Shown here in pieces: positions 28,993 through 37,061 of a stretch of DNA of 64,000 bases. How positions within the stretch are numbered: the stretch's first letter is position 1; the number at the start of each line of letters is the position of its first letter. This DNA comes from an uncultured Poribacteria bacterium. GTDB lineage: Bacteria > Poribacteria > WGA-4E > WGA-3G. Made by a program: the position numbers and the translations under genes. The stretch spans positions 4,512,001 to 4,576,000 of the forward strand of contig CATQHZ020000001.1 in NCBI GenBank assembly GCA_958296135.2, in the 5' to 3' direction. The notes below the pieces were generated by a model. That model saw nothing but the letters and a program-made list of their open reading frames with translations, was not told the origin of the DNA and searched no databases.

Positions 28993-29973
28993 TCAATAAT
29001 TGACAAGATAATCATACGCCTTTTCAGAGACGCGGCGGAGGATGTTAGCGCGCCGCGTCACCCAAGCACCGAAAGACTGATACCGATTCCGCCGGTTCGT
29101 CTTGGTCCTATCTTGAATCATGCCGGTAAAGACATACGGGCGCGTTCTGCCTCTCGAATCCTTGAAAACCAAGATGCCGCTGTCCGCTACCAAGCCGTAG
29201 ACCGTGCCGGTCTTGTTATAAACCTTGACTGATGCGGGGATACGAGTCTTTTTGTAGATGTAATCCCCGTTCGGCAGCTTGAGGTACCACTTCATTTTCT
29301 CCGAATAGGGGAGGTTGCCGTTCCACAACTGCACATAAAACCGATTCAAATCATGCGCGGAAGTCATGTTCCGATACGTGCGTCCCCCTGCCGGGATATA
29401 CTCAACAATCCGGGTCTGCTGAAAATAGGGATAGTTCACTCTCAAGATGCGCTGCACTCGCCGCGGGCCGCCGAGCAATCGGATAAAATAGTTAGTCGCC
29501 GGGTTCGAGCTCTTCTGAATCATCAACCGCAGCTGCCGCCGGTTTTTATCGGTGTGCACTTTCCGCCGCTGCTTCACTTCGTGAAAATAAGCCAGCATCA
29601 CGAAGTTTTTGATGAGCGAGGCGGCCATCATCGGCCGGTCTTCATTAATGGAGACGACCTTTTTCTGCCGGGATAAGTCATAGACGACGAAACTCGTCCG
29701 CTCGGTTGAGGCTAACTGGCGGCTCCGCCGATATTTTTTGATGTATCGATCGATGCTTGCTTCCAGCCGCGAATCTAAGGTGCTCGCGCGCAACGCGCCA
29801 GCTGGAAGGAAGCACGCTGTCAGGATGACAAGGAGCGCGGAAAGATACCTTTCAGGCCTCCAACAAACGTTCACGCTTTGTCGTAGGGCGCACAGTTTGT
29901 CGGTGCACATTCGGATGATTGCACGTCCTATCATGTTAAATTTCATTCCTCTTTTTGTAGAAATTCGCCTCAT
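28993..29973 (-). CDS. serine hydrolase, class A beta-lactamase-like
   Basis: SxxK (ASLIK), SxN (SSN), KTG motifs. True start probably downstream of 29973. Confidence 0.87.
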   Translation of the reverse strand: MRRISTKRGMKFNMIGRAIIRMCTDKLCALRQSVNVCWRPERYLSALLVILTACFLPAGALRASTLDSRLEASIDRYIKKYRRSRQLASTERTSFVVYDLSRQKKVVSINEDRPMMAASLIKNFVMLAYFHEVKQRRKVHTDKNRRQLRLMIQKSSNPATNYFIRLLGGPRRVQRILRVNYPYFQQTRIVEYIPAGGRTYRNMTSAHDLNRFYVQLWNGNLPYSEKMKWYLKLPNGDYIYKKTRIPASVKVYNKTGTVYGLVADSGILVFKDSRGRTRPYVFTGMIQDRTKTNRRNRYQSFGAWVTRRANILRRVSEKAYDYLVNY

Positions 29974-30064
29974 TTTTTACAAGGCAAGTGTTTCACAATG
30001 GACGAGAGAATGCCCCTCGCCATGCCAAAACCGCCCTTTTGACTTGTGGGCTGATATAGCAAAA

Positions 30065-31591
30065 TCACTCCGCAGCGACAAGTGGCAATTGATAGCAGGC
30101 AGCCTCCCGGTCGTTCCGCACGAGCAGATAGGGGGCTGCGAATGCCGGTGTATTCCACGTCCTGCCTTCCAAGGCAGTGAAACGCGCGAGCTCCACGAGT
30201 GCCGCCGGATTCGGTTCTATCAGCACCACATCGCCGGACTCCGTTAGCACCAAAATGACACCCTCAACAGAGAGGACTTGTCCGTGCCCATACCGGCCAC
30301 GCTTCCACTGCCGCTTGCCATCTGCAAGATTGAGACAGACGAAAATGCCATCGTCCAGTCCATACAGGTACCCGCCATCATGGAGGACAGTAGTGAATTT
30401 TGCCTTGAGATATATCGTTTCCCATAAAAGTGAAACGTTAAATTCCCCGGCCGGGTTACGTTCGACCTGGAATAGTTTCCCGCCGACTCCGTAAGCGGTT
30501 GAGACGAAAAGCCGGTCACCGGGAAGAGGAAGCGGCTGCGAAACGCATTCAGCCTGCCCCGCTGGCACCCAAGGCTGTTTCCAAAAAAGTTCACCAGTCG
30601 CGGGTTCATGCGCAGTGACGAGGCCCTGATTGAAAATCACAAGCTGTTCTGTGCCAACTAACGTCGTTAAAAACGGCGAACTATAGCCGGTGCTCGCCCG
30701 ATATCCCTGCCAGACGACTTTGCCGCTCTCCTTGTGATACGCCACCGGGCCGCCCGCACTGACGATAACAAAGTCACCGAAAACAAGCGGCGAGATACTC
30801 ACACCCCAATCCGGCGGCTCCGCGGCGTTCTCCTCAAAAATGTTGGTTGTCCAGAGCGGTTCCCCTGTCTCAAAATCGAGGCAGTTGAAGATGCCGGTTG
30901 AACCAAGGGTGTAAACCCGATTGCCTGCGATTGTGGGTGTAGCGCGCGGACCGATTCCGGCGAGCGCGGAATCATATCTGCCACGGTCGCGATGGCTCCA
31001 CTTTACTTTACCAGTCATCAATTCATAACAGACGACCTTTTCCCATTCGCCTTCTTGTTCCTGTGTGATGGCAGAATCTCCGACCACGGCAAACGCAGAC
31101 CAGCCTGCACCGATGGGTTGCCGCCAAATGAGTTCAGGCGGATGCTTCTCCCAATCCTGCTCCAAGCGGATGCCTTTGATAACAGCATTCCGGTCAGGTC
31201 CGAGGAATTGCGGAAAATCTGTCCCTAAGGTGAGTGTGCCTGTTGTGTTCTCAATTGTGACACTTTCCACCGGTTTGCTTCCCCATCGCCATTCAACTAT
31301 CGGTGTGAGATCGCCGCTAACGCCTGTAATTCGGAAGAGGATGCCGAAGATGCCGAGGCAGACGACAACAACTAACAGCGAGAGCAGTCTCGCACGCCAT
31401 GGCAAACGTGAAAGCAATAAGAGCCAGAGCACTCCCAGAACAAGGGAGAAAATCAGGATGAAAATTGTTAGGAACACTTTGCTTTCGCGTTCCGCTGCAT
31501 CCACTCCCCAAAGCACGCCGATGGCTATACCGACGAGAATTCCGATGATGAGCAGCGGCCACCAGCGCGCGCGTTTCTTGGTGGTATCCAA
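30065..31591 (-). CDS. membrane-anchored PQQ-like beta-propeller protein
   Basis: Three N-terminal TM segments, FPQFLGPDR, repeated G...W blades, GPRATP, TWNTP. Confidence 0.88.
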   Translation of the reverse strand: MDTTKKRARWWPLLIIGILVGIAIGVLWGVDAAERESKVFLTIFILIFSLVLGVLWLLLLSRLPWRARLLSLLVVVVCLGIFGILFRITGVSGDLTPIVEWRWGSKPVESVTIENTTGTLTLGTDFPQFLGPDRNAVIKGIRLEQDWEKHPPELIWRQPIGAGWSAFAVVGDSAITQEQEGEWEKVVCYELMTGKVKWSHRDRGRYDSALAGIGPRATPTIAGNRVYTLGSTGIFNCLDFETGEPLWTTNIFEENAAEPPDWGVSISPLVFGDFVIVSAGGPVAYHKESGKVVWQGYRASTGYSSPFLTTLVGTEQLVIFNQGLVTAHEPATGELFWKQPWVPAGQAECVSQPLPLPGDRLFVSTAYGVGGKLFQVERNPAGEFNVSLLWETIYLKAKFTTVLHDGGYLYGLDDGIFVCLNLADGKRQWKRGRYGHGQVLSVEGVILVLTESGDVVLIEPNPAALVELARFTALEGRTWNTPAFAAPYLLVRNDREAACYQLPLVAAE

Positions 31592-31734
31592 GAGAAAGCC
31601 TCCCTAAACGTGAAATGTTTTGTCTATAATAACATTTTTTGCTAAAATTTGTCAAGAATAATTTTTCTCAAAAATGCTTGACACCATACGCCAAAACAGG
31701 TTATCATAACTCCAAGCATATACGGAGGTTTCTC

Positions 31735-32367
31735 ATGCCGAACATTGAAAAAGTTTTTGACTCACCCGGCCCGCAACCGAACGGGATGCAAGCCACCGAA
31801 GCAGGGCTCTGGATACTGGACCAGGGCACAAACGAAGTCCACCTCGTCTCTTACGAAGGCGTTGTCCAAAAGACGCTCGCTACCGGCTCTGATAGAGGCA
31901 GCGGGATTACCGATACAGGCACGGCACTCTGGCTGGCATCAACCTACAGTTGTGAGATTCTTTCTGCCGATCCAACGGATGGAAAGACGCTTGCCTCGTT
32001 CGCCACACCTGGTGCAGGGAAGACAGGCGCGCACGGGTTAGAATGGCGCGACGATAAACTCTGGATGGCAGTGCCGCCCGCCGCGACGATTTACCAGGTC
32101 AACGCCGACGACGATTTCGCGGTGATTCATACGCTCCCCGCGCCCGGCGACAGACCTCACGGTATCGCATGGGTAGGCGATGAACTCTGGTGCGTTGAAA
32201 CGAACCATCGCGCTATCTTTCAACTCGAGCCAGCGGACGGCAGGCACCTGAACAAGATTGAGATTCCGGAACCGCACCCGGAACCGCACGGGATGACATA
32301 TTGGGACGGCTATTTCTGGTACTGCGATGCGCATACAACCGCTGTCTGCCGAGTCGCATACCCGTAG
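31735..32367 (+). CDS. beta-propeller protein (glutaminyl cyclase/Vgb-like)
   Basis: Repeated PxG(I/L/M)xW.G..LW blades; ATG after GGAGG. Confidence 0.8.
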   Translation: MPNIEKVFDSPGPQPNGMQATEAGLWILDQGTNEVHLVSYEGVVQKTLATGSDRGSGITDTGTALWLASTYSCEILSADPTDGKTLASFATPGAGKTGAHGLEWRDDKLWMAVPPAATIYQVNADDDFAVIHTLPAPGDRPHGIAWVGDELWCVETNHRAIFQLEPADGRHLNKIEIPEPHPEPHGMTYWDGYFWYCDAHTTAVCRVAYP

Positions 32368-32397
32368 GGCGAGGGACAGGCCCCTCGCCTCACATCG

Positions 32398-33225
32398 ATG
32401 ATGAAAACAACTATCGGCCGACTTCTCAACATGGGCAAAAACTGCGCCGCTATGAACATGGCAATGGACGAGGCGATTTTGCTCTGGCAAAAAGAACAGC
32501 CGCGTCCGACGTTGCGTTTTTACGATTGGGCGCGGCCGGCGTTCAGTTTCGGCTATTTTCAAGATATCGCTGCGGAAGTTGATGTGGCAGCCTGCCGTGC
32601 AGATGGGATTGAATTGGTGAAACGGATGACAGGCGGCGGCACTGTGGTGCATGGATGGGAGCTTACCTATACCCTAACCCTCCCGCGCGATTCCAGACCG
32701 GCGAATGCAGCGTTAAAAACCTCGCCTACGGGTACAGGAGAGATGGCTGTTTCGGAGGCGTATCAACAGATTGGGGAGTGCCTCGTGGCGGCGATAACGC
32801 AACTTGGCATTCCCGCGCAACGGCACGGCGACGCGGCTGAGGTTTCCGATGCACCAAATATCTGCCTAACCCAACCTGCGAAACACGATGTGCTGCTCAA
32901 CGGTAAGAAGGTAGCAGGCGTTTCGGTACGGCGCAATCGAAACGCGATGATGTTTCAAGGGTATATCTCGTTGGAGATGCCGCCGGATGCCATCCTAGCA
33001 CGCATATCAAAACGCCACGAAAGCCAGCAGATGGCGTGCGAAAAGTCAACGGCTATCAATGCAGAGGGACACGCAATAACGAGAAGCACGCTCATCCAAG
33101 CGATTTGTGAAACGTTGCAACTCGGAATTGCGTTTCCATCAGGAAAACTATTACCAATTGAACGTGAGCAGGCGGCGGTTCTAGCGAAAACCAAATATGT
33201 CACCGACGCGTGGAATTTTAGATGA
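32398..33225 (+). CDS. lipoate-protein ligase A / octanoyltransferase family
   Basis: NMAMDEA, LRFYDW, RMTGGG.V.H, GKKVAG. Confidence 0.9.
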   Translation: MMKTTIGRLLNMGKNCAAMNMAMDEAILLWQKEQPRPTLRFYDWARPAFSFGYFQDIAAEVDVAACRADGIELVKRMTGGGTVVHGWELTYTLTLPRDSRPANAALKTSPTGTGEMAVSEAYQQIGECLVAAITQLGIPAQRHGDAAEVSDAPNICLTQPAKHDVLLNGKKVAGVSVRRNRNAMMFQGYISLEMPPDAILARISKRHESQQMACEKSTAINAEGHAITRSTLIQAICETLQLGIAFPSGKLLPIEREQAAVLAKTKYVTDAWNFR

Positions 33226-34265
33226 ACCAGAGTCAGACTGTCCTCATTCCGCCCGGCGGGTTTATCATGGGCACCGATATTGAGGCCTTTTACGGCACTG
33301 CCCTAGCGAATTCGGCGCATGCCAAACTGGATGAGGCACCGATGCACATCCGTTTTTTGGAGGCATATCGGATAGCGCAGTATCCGGTGACAAACGCCGA
33401 ATACGCCGCGTTTGTCAAAGCGACGCATCATCCGCCGCCCGCACATTGGAAAAACGGAATACACAGCCCGGACGCTGCCAAACTCCCAGTCGTCCAAGTC
33501 AGTTGGCATGACTGCAACACGTATGCACGGTGGGCAGGCAAGCGGTTGCCAACCGAGGCGGAATGGGAAAAGGCGTGCCGCGGTCCCGATGGACGGATTT
33601 ATCCGTGGGGCAATGCGTTCGCCGAATCACCCGAACTGACGCAGATTTTGACATCGCACCTCACACCCGTGGGCAGTCGTCCAACGACAGCAAGCCCTTA
33701 CGGAGTCCACGAAGCCGCGGGGAATGTGTGGGAATGGACAGCGGATTGGTATCAGCCGTATGCTGGCACAAAAACGGCGGCTGTGCCGAAACATAAAACG
33801 CTGCGGGGTGGTTCGTGGTTGGAAGTGCGCGATGGCACGGCGAAACGCTATTTTCGGTGCGCAAATCGGCTGCACGCGCCACCCGACTACACCGCAGGCA
33901 ACATCGGATTCCGATGTGTGCAGCCACTGCCGCCGGGACAGAACTACGCCGTCCATGTCCCGACAGCAGCACTCACGGATTATGTCAAGCAACACAAACA
34001 CCGCAATCTCACGCTGATTCAGAAACGGGCCCTCCGCAACAGCATCAAAGACAGCGGGATTGCGTTGCTCCTCATCGGCGGCGGCACTTATGCTTATATC
34101 GTGAGGCCGGATGTGGTGTTAGGTGCGGTAACAGCGGGAATTATTGGGCTCGGGTTCCTCTTCAGTGCAGGTGTGAATTTTTGGCGGCGATGGCGCGCGC
34201 AACAGAGGATAAACCAAGTCAACTCGGAACATTTCCTACTTGACAAAAATTCAGATTCACGGTAA
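33222..34265 (+). CDS. FGE-sulfatase (SUMF1) domain protein with two C-terminal TM helices
   Basis: YPVTNAEY, RLPTEAEWEKA, AGNVWEW, RGGSW, IGFRC. Confidence 0.92.
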   Translation: MNQSQTVLIPPGGFIMGTDIEAFYGTALANSAHAKLDEAPMHIRFLEAYRIAQYPVTNAEYAAFVKATHHPPPAHWKNGIHSPDAAKLPVVQVSWHDCNTYARWAGKRLPTEAEWEKACRGPDGRIYPWGNAFAESPELTQILTSHLTPVGSRPTTASPYGVHEAAGNVWEWTADWYQPYAGTKTAAVPKHKTLRGGSWLEVRDGTAKRYFRCANRLHAPPDYTAGNIGFRCVQPLPPGQNYAVHVPTAALTDYVKQHKHRNLTLIQKRALRNSIKDSGIALLLIGGGTYAYIVRPDVVLGAVTAGIIGLGFLFSAGVNFWRRWRAQQRINQVNSEHFLLDKNSDSR

Positions 34266-34268
34266 AAT
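34240..34268 (+). promoter_or_regulatory. sigma-70 promoter
   Basis: TTGACA-17 nt-TAAAAT. Confidence 0.65.
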
Positions 34269-34307
34269 CTTTGTAAACGCAAGGTTCGCTCTATACGGAG
34301 GAAAACG

Positions 34308-35156
34308 ATGAACCCGCTAAGTTTAGAGCACTGTTTAACCGATACGGAAAAACAGCAATTTGAAGAGAACGGCTTCTTGGCCGTTGAGGATGCCATCCCA
34401 CAGGAAATGGTTGAGCGGCTGCTCGCCGCGGTAGATAGGGTGGGCGCGGCGCATCTAGGCGCAGAAACACTCCCCGCCGATGCACACTTCAACCTCCTGG
34501 ATTTCGTCGGCAGGGACGAGGCGTTTATTGAATTGCTAGATTGGCACACGACGTTCCCGAAGGTGTGGGGCATTTTAGGCTGGAACATCAAACTTTACCA
34601 CTCGCACCTGATTGTCTTGCCGCCGCTGCCCCCGGAAGAACGCGATAAACCGAAACGCCTCGGCTGGCACCAAGATAGCGGCCGCCTGAACATCGAACTG
34701 GAAGGTAACCCGCGGCCGCGCGTCTCGCTGAAAGTAGCCTATTTCTTGACAGATACATCCGTGCCGGGACGCGGCAACTTCTCCGTGGTGCCCGGCAGTC
34801 AGAAGTGGAATAGCCTAGAAATGCCAATGGAAAAAACGGTCGACCCCGAGAACGCGACCGCTGTCTTCGCGAAGCCGGGAACCGCTGTCTTTTTCGACCG
34901 GCGGCTGTGGCACGCGGCGGGACGAAATACGTCTGACATCACGCGCAAGGTGCTTTTCTACGGCTATAGCTACCGCTGGCTGCAGCCGCGCGATAACATG
35001 ACGGTAGCGCATTTCATGGAACGTTCCGACCCGGTTCGCCAGCAGATTCTGGGCAAAAGCACCGGGGGCATGGGTTATACCTCACCCGGCGAGAAAGATG
35101 TGCCGCTCCGCGCATGGATACAAGAGCACCTCGGTGCAGAAGCAGTCGCGCGCTAA
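34308..35156 (+). CDS. phytanoyl-CoA dioxygenase (PhyH) family
   Basis: FEENGFL, WHQD, VVPGS, LWHA, R. Confidence 0.92.
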   Translation: MNPLSLEHCLTDTEKQQFEENGFLAVEDAIPQEMVERLLAAVDRVGAAHLGAETLPADAHFNLLDFVGRDEAFIELLDWHTTFPKVWGILGWNIKLYHSHLIVLPPLPPEERDKPKRLGWHQDSGRLNIELEGNPRPRVSLKVAYFLTDTSVPGRGNFSVVPGSQKWNSLEMPMEKTVDPENATAVFAKPGTAVFFDRRLWHAAGRNTSDITRKVLFYGYSYRWLQPRDNMTVAHFMERSDPVRQQILGKSTGGMGYTSPGEKDVPLRAWIQEHLGAEAVAR

Positions 35157-35722
35157 CCAGAAATAACCCAGTAGGCGCGCTTTCAAAGCGCGCACGAACG
35201 TCAGCATACGCGATCCGCGCCTACCAAGTCGTTCCGCGTAAACTGTCATGTCAGGAGGTAAAAATGGAGACGCAACAAACCTACACTGCTCATATTGAAC
35301 ACCACGGCGAGTGGTGGATTGGGTGGATACTGGAAGTCTCTGGCGTAACGTGTCAAGAACGGACACGAGAGGACGTTCCTAGCTTCCGAAAATCGAGACA
35401 CATCGTGATAAAAGCGGATTTATCGTGATAAACGCCAACATAAGTGCTATACGAAGTGTGACTGTGTTGGGCTCGGTCGAGCGTGCAGTGTTATTCGGGA
35501 GACCGAATAACACCTCTTCGGCTCAGCAGATCGTGCAGTGTTTTTTGTAATAACAAAAAACACATCTTCGGAAACCGGTTTGGAAACCTTTGCAAACCTG
35601 CCTACACGAGCTGCAGCAGCGTGTATTCACGCTCGCCTACACGCCCGCCCGCCAATGATATCACCGCCAGCGCATTGCCCACCCTAGTGATATAGGCGAA
35701 ACACGGCACACGGGAAGATCTC

Positions 35723-36802
35723 ATGAAAACGCATAATATTGCACTGCGCCCGACAACGGCACAGGTTCAACAATTTCATCAGCACGCGGGATTCCGCCGA
35801 TTTGTCTATAACTACGCTTTGTCCGATTTCAAAGCCGGCTTAACTGAAGGCGAATGGCGGAACGGCCGCATACTGCGCACTCGGTTTAACGCCGTAAAAG
35901 ACACGCAGTTTGAATGGCAGAAACCGCTCATCGCCCGCGTGGCATCACATGTCTTCGATGATTTTAACACGGCGTGTCAACGGTGGAAAAACAAGCTGTC
36001 CAAGTTTCCAAAGTATAAGCGGAAGTCGGGTAAACAATCGTTTCGCGTCGACAATAAACGCAATGCGATAAAATGTGAAGGTAAACGGCTTTACCTGCCG
36101 AAGATAGGCTGGGTGCGGACGTTTGAAGCGTTGCGGTTCAAAGGCGACGTGATGCGCGTAGTGATTAAGAAGCGAGGCCCTCGTTGGTTTGCATCGGTGC
36201 TCGTCGAAACCACGCCCCGAGCCAAACCCGATTTACGCGGGTTGCCTCCCGTGGGTATCGATGTCGGTATCAACACCCTCGCCACTTGCTCTGATGGACG
36301 CACCTTTGGAAACCCACGCGCCTTGGCCCATTATCAACGTCAACTCCGCCGTGCGCAACGCGCCCTAAGTCGTTCAGTCTATCGCAGTCAGAATTGGTGG
36401 AAGAAGAAGGAACGGGTTGTCCGTATCCACTATCGTATCGCTTGCATCCGCGAAGACGCGCATCACAAGGCCAGCACGGCGATTGTGAAAGGTGTCTCAG
36501 CAATCGGGATAGAATCTCTGAACGTGAAAGGCATGATGAAAAACCGTCGTCTTGCGAAGGCATTGTCGGACGCGGCACTCGGGGGATTTCTCTCCAAGTT
36601 GAAGACGAAAGCACAGGCACTTGGCGTGCATATTGAGGAAGCCTCTCAGTGGTTCGCTTCATCGAAGACCTGCAGTGCATGCGGACATAAAAAGGATACC
36701 CTCACGTTATCGGAACGTGACTATCACTGCAGCGACTGTGGATTGCGGATAGACCGCGATTTGAACGCTGCAAGGAATTTGGAACCCTCACCGCTGGTTT
36801 GA
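35723..36802 (+). CDS. tnpB: RNA-guided endonuclease TnpB
   Basis: 359 aa, nearly identical to 4110..5189; RuvC D-E-D intact. Confidence 0.95.
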   Translation: MKTHNIALRPTTAQVQQFHQHAGFRRFVYNYALSDFKAGLTEGEWRNGRILRTRFNAVKDTQFEWQKPLIARVASHVFDDFNTACQRWKNKLSKFPKYKRKSGKQSFRVDNKRNAIKCEGKRLYLPKIGWVRTFEALRFKGDVMRVVIKKRGPRWFASVLVETTPRAKPDLRGLPPVGIDVGINTLATCSDGRTFGNPRALAHYQRQLRRAQRALSRSVYRSQNWWKKKERVVRIHYRIACIREDAHHKASTAIVKGVSAIGIESLNVKGMMKNRRLAKALSDAALGGFLSKLKTKAQALGVHIEEASQWFASSKTCSACGHKKDTLTLSERDYHCSDCGLRIDRDLNAARNLEPSPLV

Positions 36803-36954
36803 CGGAGAGGTAAAACGCCTGTGGAGCTCGTGTCAGACCTCAATGTAAACGCATTTCAGTGTGTTTCGGAGGCAGTGAGTGTTGAAGCAGGAACTTTAGA
36901 AATCGGACAGACTCATACGGACTTGTCCAGATATGTCTCGATTTCAGGGAACAG
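36780..36954 (+). ncRNA. putative omegaRNA scaffold of TnpB copy 2
   Basis: Conserved with copy 1 apart from one internal hairpin. 5' boundary approximate. Confidence 0.65.
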
Positions 36955-37061
36955 GCATTGCTGGAAACGCTCAAAATCACGCTGCTTGAAATCTTAGCGT
37001 ATGACGCGGAGCAAGCACGTCAATCGGGTTGAGCCCACTGTTCCGGATAACGGCTGCAGTG

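Larger units (their letters stand above)
35372..36954 (+). mobile_element. non-autonomous IS607-like TnpB element, copy 2 (1583 bp)
   Basis: Same LE and RE as 3959-5362, in inverted orientation; excision restores hicB. Confidence 0.9.
35264..37032 (+). pseudogene. hicB: HicB-family antitoxin split by TnpB element (35264-35371 + 36955-37032)
   Basis: Joined flanks read METQQTYTAHIEHHGEWWIGWILEVSGVTCQERTRE|ALLETLKITLLEILAYDAEQARQSG*; RBS AGGAGG. Confidence 0.85.

Noticed and set aside
28993-29973. Bona fide antibiotic-resistance beta-lactamase
   Set aside because: SxxK/SxN/KTG motifs are shared by many cell-wall serine hydrolases; there is no mobile context and activity cannot be inferred.
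5363-35371. Composite transposon or past inversion between the inverted TnpB copies
   Set aside because: Both outer ends are right ends, and copy 2's own flanks rejoin into hicB, so no exchange of flanks has occurred.
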